Positions 49,640-64,000 of a stretch of 64,000 nt of DNA are shown here, piece after piece. Each line of letters begins with the position of its first letter. Positions within the stretch are counted from its first letter, which is position 1. The translations under genes were made by a program, and so were the position numbers. Source of the stretch: Antedon mediterranea (lineage: Eukaryota; Animalia; Echinodermata); NCBI RefSeq assembly GCF_964355755.1, contig NC_092673.1:22317648-22381647 (forward strand), written 5' to 3'. A model generated the notes under the pieces. It saw only the letters and a list, made by a program, of their open reading frames with translations, did not search any database and was not told the origin of the DNA.

Positions 49640-51176
49640 GTAACCGTGAAGAGCGGGCTCAGATGAGAGCTTTAGGATTTCTTCGTACCTTCTACCACAT
49701 GCTGTATCAAAACTACAGGAACGCTTGAAGAAGTAGAAATGGCGTTGATAAACCACTCAAGCTGTACCTTGTGATGTGCGTGCATGTGTGTCCAAATATG
49801 GTCAACGGAAATGGTTCCGCAAACAGCCAACACATTCAACAACGCTCACTACTCTTGGCCTTAGCCTTGAAGTCACAGTGAAAGTAAAAAAAATAGAAGA
49901 CAATAGTTCTTCAATAGGATGCTAATCCAAATAGTCATATTATTTTAAAAGACATATACCTGTATTGATTTTTTATTTATGTTTAATTATTCTGCTTTGT
50001 ATATCCAGGGATATAGTGCAAAACCAATGAAAATTCGATCAGCTATTATGCTACCATCAATTTGTAAGTTGATGAAATTTTAACTACTCAAATAAACGGC
50101 GGACGTCTGCGTAGCAGATGTTTTTCTATAATACAGCCAATCAGTACATCTTTTGAAGGAGACGGGAGCGATTGTGATTACAAGAAACTCCTTGTTTTCA
50201 TTCTTGCAGTTCAAGTGTTATGCGTTCTTTAATTAGTGAATGATCGGTTTTTGTAATAGGCAGGTTGATTTTACCCAGTTATGGTTCATGTTGTAACCCC
50301 ACCGAATAGATTAACAGGAAACAATGCTCTTATACTAGTCTTTTATCATATTGAAAACAAAACAACCGTTACATGATAAGGACAATATAATATATTTACT
50401 GGCTAAATTTAAAGACATTATACATTAATAAGCTAGTTATTCTTTTATGGGCAATCCATCTTTTTAAAATTGTAATATTTATTTGAAACTGTTGTTAACA
50501 TTGACCCTACTTAGAACAATAATTTCTATAAATTGATGTGGTATTTAAAGACATACATATATTTAAATATAAATTACATTGTATGATGCATATATTCACC
50601 GTATTCTGGTCTTTGTGTATTTTGTTTCAAATTTTCCATTTGCAATTAATGGCATTTGTTATTCTGGGTTTTTTTATTTTTCAAATTCATTTCATGATGT
50701 CTATGGCAATATATAATTGTATAGAACAAAATTGATTAGGTTTGCATATAACTATTACAAATTAACAGGTGTTTGTAAGTTATGTTGTAAAATAATGACA
50801 TACTATGTTATTAGTAATTGTCTGCATTTTTTTAATATAGTTTTTTTTTTATTATTATTATTCTACAGAGGCTGAAATAAGTCGGCTAATTTTGCATATA
50901 AAGATTTGCATGTTTTCAGGTTGCCATAGGAAAAATTATGAAAAGCAAGTTGCTTATTTGTGGTTTGATGAATACTAAGCCAGCAGCAGCATTAATGGTG
51001 CTTTTTACATCTTGCCAAATCATCTCAAATGAGCAAAATAACACATGGAGAATTTGTCACATGGTGTAGTCAATAATGTATATAAAAGCTTGTTCTCTAT
51101 CTATCCAATGCATTATTTGTAAGTCATTGTAGAAGGCCTGTCAAAACAACATTTTCAATTCATGAAACTGTTTTCA

Positions 51177-51465
51177 ACACCTACTTTGCAGAGTAGAGAA
51201 AGTGTGTCCATAGAACAGGGTGTCCAAGTTAAAATAATCTATGGTTACAAACCATTCTAACTGGCTATACACCATGTAAAAAACAAAATCCACACCTACT
51301 TTGCAGAGTAGAGAAAGTGTGTCCATAGAACAGTGTGTCCAAGTTAAAATAATCTATGGTTACAAACAATTCTAACTGGCTATACACCATGTAAAAAAAC
51401 TAAATCCACACCTACTTTGCAGAGTAGAGAAAGTTTCCATAGAGCAGGGTGTTAAAATAATCTAT
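51177..51465. repeat. ~115-bp tandem repeat x2.5 downstream of SMG7
   Basis: ACACCTACTTTGCAGAGTAGAGAAAGT at ~51177, ~51292 and ~51408. Confidence 0.9.
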
Positions 51466-52002
51466 GTTTGTACTGACTTACTCCAGCTTTTATGTATTCT
51501 CTTTGATAAATACCAAGTTTCCATGTGCAGATTATATTTTCATGTAGATTCATCCTTGTTGAAGTGTTGAGTTTAATCATTTCTATTTCACTACACTTTT
51601 TAAAAGATATTGGAAAGAAATAAGGACTGTTTAATGTTATTCAAGATATTATCCGAAAAAGAATGTTATAAGGATTGACAGAAAAAAAAGAACATGAACG
51701 AAAATATGTATTGTTATGATTCATGCACATGCTGCAATTATTATTATATCATAATTTATTACTTTGATTCTATCAAGTGTTTGGTAGTACCAGTAGTTTT
51801 AAATACATTTCATGTAAGATGACCGTTTGATTGTGTTTCAATGTTGAGAGGTCTCTTACATGATGTAGACTGGAGAGGGTAGTTTAATACGATGTTGGTG
51901 TTCACAATAAATTAAATAATAAAGTACCGGTAGTTAAAACTTAATCAAGATAAACAGATATTGTGGAACTTTTGCTTTCATAGTTTGTTTTTTATATTTA
52001 TG

Positions 52003-52173
52003 CAGTAGAACTCCTATTAAGGGGACACCTTTGAGACCCAACAATGTGTTATAGAGTATGAGGAATAGAGATGTGTGCCCGGAATACGGGTTGGCCGTAG
52101 GGTTGACATACATATCACCTTGTTGATTTCATTGGCCCAGTCCCTTGTGTGTCCCAAAGAAATGGTTCTACTG
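52003..52173. mobile_element. Tc1-like MITE (CAGTAGAAC...GTTCTACTG)
   Basis: Inverted termini and GGGACAC/GTGTCCC subterminal motif shared with the 31804-32055 family. Confidence 0.7.
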
Positions 52174-55100
52174 TTGGTTAAGTATAACTTGCCACATTTT
52201 CTCAGTTTCTTCTCAAACTATACTAATAGAACAGACATCAACATGTCCTAAATATTAATAGGCGGCCGGGAGGTTATTCGCATGAGTATACGGTATATAG
52301 TTTCAATACAACTAGTGCATAGACAACGTAGGTAAGTATCGCTTTAGGCATCAACATGTTATTGTTAACAACACAAATGTTAGTTTTTTTTATTATTTTC
52401 AAAATTATCATGCATTAATTTGAATACTCATCAATATAATTCTCATTAATTACATCCATAAGGCCTGTGTTGTGAATCAGACAGAGTGTCTCATACTCGT
52501 CTTCTTAAGCGGCTTGTTTAGACATCTGGGGCCAATGCAAAAGTCTTCGGTCTTTTTGTCTATATTATAGTACAAGAGTAATTAAGTCCCTGCGTGATAA
52601 ATATGATAATGCTTTTAACAACATGTTGAGAAGTTCTTTGAATTCAGGAACATCAACTATATTTAGCACATTGTATTTTATTATCAATATTTCACTTTAT
52701 TATCAATGTAAAAACTTATTATTCAAGGAATGAATTCATATTCATATACTGTCCATTTATCCTGTTGCATCCTAAAAATATAATTTTATAAAGGTACATG
52801 TTAACGCAAATTTATTTTCAGCCTTTCTCCACCCACATCCAAGTCCCCTGCTGATAGAGATCTACAAGGTGATTAATTGGTAATTATCTATATCCAGACT
52901 AGAGGATTGTTTATGAAGAATCAGCAAGAACTTTTAGGTATCAATGTCCACAAACAAGGTTAAGTGAGAACATTTTTAAATATTGCTAAACGGGTTTAAA
53001 ATTGGTTAGTTAGTGAGGGCATACTGGTTGATTGATGAAAAAAATTACACTTAAAAGCGATTTGCCAAGGATTAGTTGCAGAACTATTGCAAAAGGATCT
53101 GATAATTAGAAACTGTCATGGTGTTGTAGAAAAAACTGATTTGGTCTAGTAGGGCTACTGGTGGCATCATACATTGTCATGGTGTTGTAGCTGAAAGAAG
53201 CACAGCTATCAGTGTACAGTAGTTGTATACTGAGAGCATGTTGTGGTGGGGTTGCAGATTTGATGACGCACGCCCACGCCCAGGGGTTTTTTTCCTTCAA
53301 ATTTCTTTCAACTTTTAAATGTTAATATTACCAATCGGTGTTTGTGGTTATGGTTTATTGTTATATGTTTCTTTGTAAATGTTGAAGAAGTGAATCACCT
53401 CACATTGCTGTCGTGTTTTTACAGAACAAAACAATGTTATCACTACAAATGTATGTAGTTTGCATTTACCATTTTCAAACTTTTAAATGCCATTGAAATA
53501 AGAAATAACATTTGCTTTGGAACTTTCGTTCAAGACTGACATTTTAATATCAATCTATCTCATTACATGAATTAAATTGAATAAAAATGTTACTGAATTT
53601 TTATTTATTAATTTCATCATAATAAACTGCATTTAGTTTACATTTTGTCATTGATTGATAAATTCAATATTTTTTAATAAAGAAGTTTGTGCTCACGTTG
53701 TAGCATTAAACAAGTCGGTGAAACCCTGAATTTCTTTATTACCAATCCATCAAATATGAATTATATTAACGAACATGCTAAGCTGGACGATACATTAATA
53801 TCATCAATGGGTAGATTCCACTTTAAGGAGAAATTAAGTTAACAAAGGAAAACCGACAATCCAGAAGGGTATAATATAGTTACAAATTATTCGTTAATGA
53901 AGTAGGCACGTTTGTAATTAAATACATACGTTCAACATTCAAACTACCTTCCAATAATTACAATAATAGCTATTAAATAATTATTTATTGGTAGATTTTG
54001 TATCTTGCATTTATTAATGAATTGATTTAGTTGTTATTTTGAAATGTACTTTTGATATCATTGTACTAGTTTCTGTAGCGGTTCATATAAGTATAGTTCG
54101 GAATATGAAAAGTTTTATCAATGAAGAAGATCCTAATTTGGATGTACAATTTCAAACAATAACAATTATTGGTTTTCTTAGTAGGCCTGATTATTTGTTA
54201 AAATCAACAATTTAAATTTTAAGAACCATTTCATTTCTGCATAATCTTAACAATTTGAATTATTAATACATTTTGTTTTTTTATGTTTCAATGTGAAAAC
54301 CCCAAAAATTGAAGTATAGCACACTCAACCTTTTAAGTCGTTCACATTACTGAATATTAGATTTAACAATTTTAAATGCAGATTTTTTTTTTTTTTTCAG
54401 TTGAATTGAAGTAAAAAGATATTTAAAAATCTATGAATTATATTATTGAAAATGGTAAAGTATTTTCTATAAAGTATATTATATATATAACCAGCACAAA
54501 TATCAGCATTCTCTGGTTATGGATGACTTTAAAGTTTTGTTAAACTTGTAGGGCCTATTAATTAATTATTAATTTACTTTCTATCTATGTTGTATACATT
54601 CCAGGAACCACCTATTTCTATCAAAGGGTCTGCTGGGGGAAAATAACTGATTAAATAACATGTGAAATTAATTACCTTTAAAAGGCTTCTCTGTTTCCAA
54701 TGTGTTGATTTTGTTTTGATTTTTGGAGAGAGATATACTGTAGTCTACACTTGTATACAAGAAGTTATTAAGTGTATATTTTGTCTTTGTTGAATTTTTA
54801 TGAATAGTTATGTTAACTTCATCATTGTTTACTTGATGCAATAAAAGGAAAAAAAACAAAAGGAACTTTAAAACTTTAAAATAGAACTGTTAATTTTGAA
54901 GTTGTCAAACAGACATCCAAAGAAATGCAATCAAGTTTGTTTGAAAATACTGTAACATTGGAGTTAAAAAAGTATGTCAGAATGTAACCTGTGTGATTTA
55001 GCTATTGACAAGCAATCCTTGTGGGTTACATCATGTCTTTATGCTTTGTATTCATTCATTAATTCATATGCGTCCTGCCAACAGGTCGTTCTAGTATCTT

Positions 55101-55487
55101 ATACCTATCCATCAATTTATTTAATTTGATTCATCTATATAAGAAATTCACTTAATGGTTTACTTTAGATTGCATATTCCTTATACTTTTCACTATTGAT
55201 TATGGTTAGTCAATTTTAAAAATTAAATATAAAGATATCATTTCCGATATATGCATTACGGTACGGTAAGTCAAGTCGTTTTATTCAATTTTGTTTAGAA
55301 CTAATAATATTGATTTTATTTTTACACAGCTTTAAAATTACTCAAAGGAAAGTTAAGTTTAAAGGTTCTAGTGATCAGATACCAGTTCTAATTTACTCTT
55401 GAAATATTACATGAAAAGCAAAATAATAATATCTTTGATGGATATAAATATGATAATTTTTGTTCTATGAAACTGAAAAGATTTTAA

Positions 55488-55811
55488 AGATGTATTGTCC
55501 CCCAAAAACATGAAAAATGAAGATTAACTAAATCAAACTTTTAACATGTTATTTTGTAGTTTCAATAAAGTTAATCACTTCAGTAGAAAAAAAAAAATGA
55601 AAAAAAATAATATTTTCACTTATAAAATGACAAAATATATGGTTAAATTCAACCAATTTGACAATTTTTTTTGTTTTAAATTACATTTTTTTCAAAACAT
55701 TTTTTCGATCCAATTTTTGGTCAAAGTAGATAACTATTATGTTTAATTTTAATGGCATATTCAACAAAAATGTGGTTTAGAATTATTTTTTTTCAGGGGG
55801 ACAATACATCT
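55488..55811. mobile_element. Kolobok-like non-autonomous element; extra right-end copy at ~55860-55885
   Basis: TTAA|AGATGTATTGTCCCCC...GGGGGACAATACATCT|TTAA. Confidence 0.75.
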
Positions 55812-57759
55812 TTAACTGAAGAGAAACTAAAGCTATTCAAAAAGTAAAATACTATTTATGTTTTGGGGTGATAGTACATCTTTAAAAACTTTATCAGTAA
55901 CCTTTAAAATAAAATATAAACACATTTAAATAAATGTTTAATTAAAATGTAATGAATAAATGTGACATCTGGCAAATTTAGTTTGCTATAACTTGATTCA
56001 AATAAACTAGACTCCTTCATTTATATGTATAACATCCCATTGTTTAAATTAAATTTTGAAGACACCGCTTTACGATATGAGATTGTCGCCAAATTGTTAT
56101 GCCTGCTAGGCTGTCAGCTTAGACTCTAAACACTTTAGAACCTGACTCTGTTCAGTCTACAGGCTTTCAGGCACCAACTACTAATATCTTTTTATGGAAA
56201 TAAGGTATATCCTTCCTAATATGATTGTATGGCATATTGGTCTCTCAATATACGTACTGTACTGTTACACACAGTAGGCCCTACTGTGCAATATGGAAAA
56301 TATGAAAATCTATCAATAACATTAAATTCATTATAAGGTAATTTATTTATGCAGAAAATAAATGAATTTCTTTTTTGATAAGTCACAGTATAATATTTAA
56401 ACAAAATCGAAATCAACTGTTACTTATTGGTTAAACATATTAAACGTAACATTTTCCTTACAAAATAATATTAGCAAACAACATAATGATTATGAATAAT
56501 TAATAACAATTTTTAAGTTAATTTATTTATTTTTAATAAATTATAATGTTATATTAATTAATTAAATATTAAATCATTGTGATTTTACTCTGAAATATAG
56601 GAATAAACAGTAATTGTAGCATATTTTAGAGGAAGGCTGTAAATACAGTACCTGAGAAAGCCTCATGTGTTTATGGTATCTTTTCTAGACATATAATTAT
56701 TTATTTAATTTAACTATTGTAATAATGTGATATTTCACTTTTAATGGATTGTCTCTGAGTACAACCAACCAACCGTAGATGGTATGATGAAAATTATGAA
56801 CGGATTAAGTGGAGTTTACATTGGAGGATTTGAATTATTTTTTAACTATCACCTAAAAATAAAAATTTCCACATTCATGTCATGATAAAATAATAAAAAA
56901 TAAAAAATATTTAAGTATTATTGTGTGTTTCCAAATAAATAACAACAACATTTATTTAACCACATAAAGAATTTGTCAACCGCAATAGAGTTTTTTCCAA
57001 GGCTCTAGGACATCAAATACAATCAGAATTGTTTAACTATAACAATTGTTGATTACATAATTATGTTTAACAAAACTTTAAAAGGTATGATTAAACATAT
57101 TCTTCCCCTATGTTAAAATCAACAACAAAAACATTTATCCATGTAAAAGTTCAGTAAAGATAAGGGTGATTATGAAATAAACAATTATGTAAAAATTTAT
57201 ATTTATATTATAATGTCCGGAAATGATTACAATAATCCACCGTAATACAAAATATTAATGAATAAATTGTATGAGAAAAAGACATTGATTTTAAATGACT
57301 CATTATGTTACATAATTATAATTAACAATGGATTAGAATAGGCATAAGAGAAATACTGTATATCATACCATGATCATACTATTATATCATGGTAATAAAC
57401 AATACTGTACTACACCAATGCTATATATAGAAAAACGAATTTATGAATTTTTTATTCTAGTAAAATAAGATTACTTTTAATGGAAACTAGGCCTACTTAT
57501 TAATGTTTACATAATTCTATGTAACACTGAATTAGAATATGCATAAAAGAATAGCCTAATGTATTACAATATGATTATAATAACAATGCTACCATGTAAA
57601 TTAATGTTAAAAGTATAATTGTTTAAATGTTGTTACAATATTCATTAGAGTTTATTTCAGATGTTGTGTTTTCTTTATAAGAAATAAGAATATTCTGTTT
57701 GTACTTTATAATGAACTTAATTTAAAATGCAAACAAATTGAACTTTGATTAGAACTTAG

Positions 57760-57871
57760 ACCAATCAAGAGAAGCCTCAAAGCAATACAGCTCTCTGATT
57801 GGCTGAAAGTCAAATCAGACGACTCAACTCCACCACCTCCGTTTTTCTTGCGGGATCAAGAAATGGTAAGT
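57760..57871 (+). promoter_or_regulatory. Candidate promoter and ATG-only first exon of a downstream gene
   Basis: CCAAT/ATTGG boxes at ~57761 and ~57799, a locally GC-richer leader, and AAATG|GTAAGT (ATG at 57863-57865 followed by a consensus donor). Confidence 0.4.
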
Positions 57872-59923
57872 ATTTTCTATATTACAATTCAAGCATTTCA
57901 AAATAATATATTTTCCGAATCTATAGCTAACATTTATTTTTAATATATATTTGTAATTTATATAAATAATTATGCATTTTATCATACTATTTGAAGCAGC
58001 AATTTTGTGTAGTTGTTAGGCTACTTCCAAGTATGTTTAGGTCGGAGTGCACGCTGGTATTTCGCCACATCGTAAGTCTCAGAGTAAGACCTCATGAGCT
58101 AAGGTAAGGTGAATTCAACAGGCCTAGAGACCAAAAAGGTAAATAGCGATTTAAATTTCACGTAGGCCACCCAGGGAGTTATTTTAAATGGGCCAACTAA
58201 CTGTGATTATTGATTGGTTTAATTTTATTTCATCCTTGTTTTGTGCTGCATTCTGAGATTGTTTTTGCCTATCTTAATTTCTTTATTTTCCAAAGGTTAA
58301 ATACTGTACATACAGTTATTTGTTTTCCCATTTCAAAAGTCTTATTTTTTTACCATCTTGTGTCTTGCCTATTTATTTGCCTATTTTTTACTTTTGCCCT
58401 CATTTAATATTTTAACTACATTATTGTATACAGCACTCTAATTGTTAACTTACTTTATTCTTATTTCCGTGTCTGTTAATGACAGTCTGTAGTTCACCAT
58501 ACGCAATTAAAATATGATTTTTAAATCTTATCGAGGATTAGATGTTGTCATTGTTAATGATCAACTTATCTATTGCAGCATTTGATTTAATATTTATTGC
58601 AATTTCATTACCAAGGGGATAATGTATAACCCAAAATAGTAAGGAGTCAACGGCCAAAAGGTCAAAGTGGTAGGGACAGGTGAATCGTAAAGAAATGAGC
58701 AAACGTGTTTTAATTGAACATGGAAGCAGATGTAACATAATTAGTAATTATTAACCTAAATATTAATTTGATTATTAATAAAAGATTGATCAAAACATGA
58801 TTCACTATCCTACATGCAACTGCACTCAATACCAATAAATTTACATTTTAAGTGGACCAGTAACATAAAATCTTGAATCTTGAAGGATATAAGTTTTTTC
58901 TTTCTATCTTTTACAATCAAACCTGTGTTCATGGTTTCTGCCCATCAACAAGTCAATTCACTTTGTTTATTTGTTCACTATGGGAAATTGGTATGCTCAT
59001 TCAGAATAATAATTCATAACAAGATATAAAATATTAGATTAGATTAATAAAATCAAAATAAATAATATAAAATTAATTATAAAGGTATTGAAAATAGACA
59101 AAGTACATTCAACATAAAACAGAATTTATCATTGCACAGAAAATAAATTTTCATCAATTTTAATTGAAGTCGAATTATAAATAAACACCAAAGTTATTGC
59201 CATTTGGCCAATTGGTTGATTTCGTATCAGTTTGTCGGCCATTACTTGACCCCAATTTCGACAATTGAAGGTCCTGTACTTTGTATGGTCAGCCTTTTGT
59301 AAAAAATATAACCCCTTTGCAAAATAGCCCCAAAAAGTTGTTAGAGGAATAACTATTATCACAGTCAGCTAGTAATTAACAAAATCACAATGAATTATTA
59401 TATGAATTATATTATTATATGAATTATAAAAGACTACCAGCTAGTGACAAATACTAGGCCTACAGTGTTTAGAGTACAAAGCTATCAATGTCAAATACAC
59501 AATCAATATGCTTCAAAACTTGTGATTAGAAATATAATGTAAATTTATATGCTTGGAAATACTTGAAATGAATGAAAATGCAGAGATCAGTGACAGAGAG
59601 TGTGCCCTTTGATATTTTGAACATACAGATAACTTGTAGTTTAATAAGCTTTTCTTACATTATTCATTTTTTTGAAAATCAATATCAGACGATCTATTGG
59701 TACACACTGATAATTATAAAAAAAGGACGATCTTGACATTTGTTGATGTTATGCAAACAAACAAACATTTAAAAAAGAATTGTAAGTCCAAAAAGCAGTC
59801 TGTGTAGTTTACCTTTTCGTAATATGCAAATTTGAACAAATACCATTTATTGAAAAATAAATATTAACCATAATCAACATTTCTGTAACAAATGTGTAAC
59901 CTAATTATATTTAATCCAAAGGC

Positions 59924-60076
59924 AAATTACTGAAAAAAAAAAGACAATTATGTGGGTATTAGTGGCTGGATCTCAATGAAAATACAAAAAAGGCAAAAAT
60001 CTAACTCAAGACGAGTAAAATAGCTAGAAAAATTAGCAGAGATTTCATGCAACACTTGCCTTTCATCAGTGCAAGT
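59924..60076 (-). ncRNA. Hammerhead-motif repeat, copy C
   Basis: Minus strand: GCA-CUGAUGA-AAGGCAA-GUG-UUGCAU-GAAA-UC-UC-UGC; flanks homologous to 34855-35015. Confidence 0.6.
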
Positions 60077-62810
60077 GGGAGTACTAATTATATTTAATAT
60101 AACATTTGTATAAAATCTTTATGAATATGAATTTCATCATGAATCAATAGAGGAAATGCTTTAATACTGGTAATCCACTGGCGAGTTTTTATAAGGCAAA
60201 GGCGTTACTGTGAACGATATCATGACATAGGTGTGAATAAAAAAACAGATTAAGAGATTAGTTATTGGTTGAAATAGAGATAACAGGGTCTGCTGTAATC
60301 CACATGCACTTTTCCTAATCCATTTGCTTGTTTGAGTTTCACAGAACTGAAAGCTGTACAAAACAAAAGGAAATGGATGGCCTGGAAAAAACCAAAGGTT
60401 ACATTCATTATTTTTGTTTATCTAATTGGTTCATTCCAATACAGGTAATCAAACATGATGTGCAATGTATCCAAAATATGTTAAACTGGTTTAAATTTTT
60501 AATGAACTGGGACTATGTTGCCTGAATAAACGCTTCACCCCTGGTATGGAAGCATTAGTTCAAGGTCAATATTATGTCATGACCTACTATTGGATAGATC
60601 ATGTCTTTTGATTGGCTAGTCATAATTCTATTGGCCCAGATCTTGAGGTTGGAACATTTTTGCTAGGACATAACCTGTAATGACATGAGATTGCACATTA
60701 TGTTAATTTCTTATCATAATCTATTCATAAAACACCTTTATATCATTTTTACTACAAACTACAAACATTTGGTAATACCTTCTAGTTTTGAAATTAAATA
60801 TTTAGAAAAAATATTAATAAAATTAAATAAATATTTATCAAATATATATTATATCAACATTGACTATTTAAAAATTTAAATGTCATTTTTTTGCAGAGAT
60901 TTATTTTATTTCATTTATGAATTTATTTACAAATGAATAAATATAGGAGCTATACCTGTACCACTTAAGTTTGTTTTAGTTATTGTGTTATTGTGATATA
61001 TAATAATATAATAATGGTATGGTATACCTAATTAACGGTAAAATTCTAACTAGTATCTGTCATGTCTAAAACAATAAATCAAGCGAGATTGAAATGCTAA
61101 TTAATGAAATATGACAACAATTCATCTTAAAATGTGAAATAAGAACTAATTGTCTCTGTATTATGGCCTTGGAGAAAAGCAGTATTAAGTATATTAAATG
61201 TCATCAACAATAGTAAATACAATATATAATGTGAAAGCCAATGTCCTCGGCTATTAAAAAACCCTTTAGTACAATGGGAAAAATTGAATGTGTTTGATTG
61301 GGAGAGTTTATGTGCTGAGTAACCTACATAAGCAGTACTTTTGTACTGAAAAGATGATGAACTCCGTAAACTGTATCTCTCTTGGAGACCGTTTAAGCCT
61401 CAGCTGGGCCACGTTCATGTCAGTTCACGTTCTCAGTTCATAAAGTGACTGTAGGATATACACTCAAAGTTTATCTCTAGTTCTTCAGGCAACTGAACTA
61501 CTCCTAGAACAATAATGAATACAATTCCTTATGCCATTTGATTTATTTCTTGATACCACATCCTAACACTATTTTTATTTCACTATTTAATTTGGTTACA
61601 TTTTTATTAGAAAATCCATATTAATACTATTGCAGATATAAATGTAATAATCAATATAAAAATAAAAGCAAGAAAATATGACCATTTTATGTAATAACAT
61701 AACGCAAGATATATTTTCCCCATGAAAAAAGTACATTTTTGTTCAATATAGGCCTACCATTTAAATTTCATATAAAAATTATTCACCTGTAAAAAAAACC
61801 TATAGTTAAAAGAAAAATTGTCAACAAGAAGCCCATTTTGTGTCAGACTATTATGTAGCCATTTATTTTTTCTTTTCTAAGTGAAATCATTATTTTAATT
61901 TTGTATCTTTTCCATGTTTTGATATCATATTTTGATACATTTATCCAAAAACTATCATTATTTTCTTTTTAACAAATTATAGATTACACCCATTTTGCTT
62001 TGAAAAGACTAGTTTATTAAAAAATATTACAGGACAGCAAATCTACCTTTTAAAAAGGAAGCCGTTTGTTAGTCATTAGTTTGAAATACACACCATTAAT
62101 GTGCATCTCCCTGGTGTATCATAATCTTGTTCTATATCCAAATGGCCAATGACCTAAACTTAAGTTAGGTAACCTGATCAAAATAGGAGAGTATCGTGGC
62201 CAATAAAATATCCACAATGCTAATATTCTTTTAAATGGAGACAAGAAATTGGAATACAGACAATAAAATAGATATTAAACTTACGAAGAAACAAAATCAT
62301 TAGTAAAGTTCAACGAGACACGTTGAGTTTAGCTGTTATAGTTATTTGTCCAGTGTGTGATAATTACGTCATCAAACATCAAAGTGATGGTGAGCAAGAT
62401 AATAAGAATTCAGACTTTGACAAACAAACTTTTGTGACATAAAAGGTTCACTGTGACCACGAGCTTTTCTCCTATTGGTGGAGAAAGTTTGAATAGGGGG
62501 AATGCTTGGTTTAGCAAGTGGGTAGCAATAATTGGGCTTTTTTATAATATGGCATTGATGTGGTTAGAATCAAAAGAAGGCAAATCTGTAAAGTCATGAC
62601 ATCATATCTATCTCTTTTTATAACACACTATGCAGAATACATACAATTTGGTATACATTTATCTTGAACCAATTATGAAAGATATTTTGTAGTAACATGT
62701 GGTATTCCATTTTTACAAATTACACTTTTTTTCTTTGATTTATTGTAAAACAATGTTTACTATTTATGTATTTGAGTACTTTCTTACATACTGTATTTAC
62801 GTACAAGACA

Positions 62811-62950
62811 CAGTACAGACACCCACTTCGGAACCCAACAAAATGTCCCTGAATAGGGTGTCCCTTGAATAGGGGTTAGCCGTAGTGTTAAAACATATGT
62901 TTCCCCTTGTTCATTTCACAGGAAAGTTTCTTTTGAAGGAGGGGATCTAG
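62811..62950. mobile_element. Degenerate Tc1-like MITE (31804/52003 family)
   Basis: CAGTACAGACACCC...GTGTCCCTTGAATAGGGGTTAGCCGTAGTGTTAAAACATA...GGAGGGGATCTA. Confidence 0.6.
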
Positions 62951-64000
62951 TATAGCATAAACACTACCATGCAATTGCATAGTCTATTGCACTTGTCTTA
63001 AAGGTTCAACAACTTGATAGTATTATATATTTGCTCATCAGTAGAGGTTGTGATGATACTGCTAAGTTAAGTTTAAATCCTCAGAGACAGTGATATGCCT
63101 AGAGATTAGGCAAACAATACTTTGAATATTCAACACTTGTACACCTGCCTTAATTCTCATCATCTTTCTTATCGCTCATGCATATTATTATGGCATCTCA
63201 AAATTATTTCATTTCATTTTGTAACTTAATATTGTCCTTCGCCGAGCAATAGTAACTGCCGCAAAGGGGATAAATTATAAAATCAATCATCTTTGTGGTC
63301 TGATTTGTTAAGATAAAGAGGTATACATACTAATTAGTGAGGAAATGTGTTTAATAACACAGGATTATTTTTTTATTTTCTTTAAAGTGCAAATTGGAAA
63401 ATATTGCGATTGATGTTAATTCTCAATATTAATAGTATCAATTTCCAGATCATTCTTCTTCTCTGTCACTATTCACTTTAAGTCTCCAATAATCCCTTAA
63501 ATCACTTTTGCATAAGAGATATTGCAGTTGGTAGATAAATTAAGAAGTCTGTAAAATTAAGTTTAAACATAAATAATCATCTAATATGATATATCTGTAA
63601 TGTTTAGTAGTAGTAATGCTATATCATCACTTCACAAATGTGGTAATTGTACATTAGAACATATTTTAACGTATGAATTATGTTCTGACTTGGTGTATTG
63701 GCCAATCTGATGATTCTTTGTGAAATTCAACTACTGTAGCTAGTGGCTATTTGGGATTATTTAGTAGAAACACCCCCATTAATTAAACTATGTTTTTCGT
63801 ATAACACTGGAAATAATAGTATTTACATGGAATGACAAGAACATCCCCAAGTATTTAATTGTTGTCTTTTTATTTTGTCAGTCCACCAGTCGGCGTTTCA
63901 ATTTTTGAGGCTGAAGTATTATACATATGAAATGCCATGTTTGCCAAAATTTGTTACCACAATTAATAAGTTGAAATGTTGTCTAGAACCTAAACTAGAA

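Overview
AT-rich, intron-containing animal genomic DNA, probably an invertebrate deuterostome such as an echinoderm (inferred from vertebrate-like exon structure and the Deu/Nin-type SINEs). There are four protein-coding genes: an intronless divergent class A GPCR (-), a divergent DM-domain (Dmrt/doublesex-like) gene (+), and a head-to-head pair, XPR1 (-, 15 exons, ~699 aa) and SMG7 (+, 18 exons, ~1196 aa), whose ATGs are only 416 bp apart. A possible ATG-only first exon of a fifth gene lies near 57.86 kb. Intergenic and intronic DNA is rich in repeats: the 5' end of a Gypsy LTR element with a tRNA-Trp PBS, hAT, PIF/Harbinger, Tc1-like and Kolobok-like MITEs, DINE-1/Helentron-like elements, an RTE LINE tail, Deu/Nin SINEs (one with a 5S+tRNA chimeric head) and several minisatellites. 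The most notable observations are the divergent Dmrt gene with a possible alternative C-terminus, three copies of a short repeat carrying a minimal Penelope/retrozyme-type hammerhead ribozyme, the 5S-tRNA chimeric SINE, and the XPR1-SMG7 bidirectional promoter with uORFs in front of an NMD factor. All calls were made by eye; no database searches were run.
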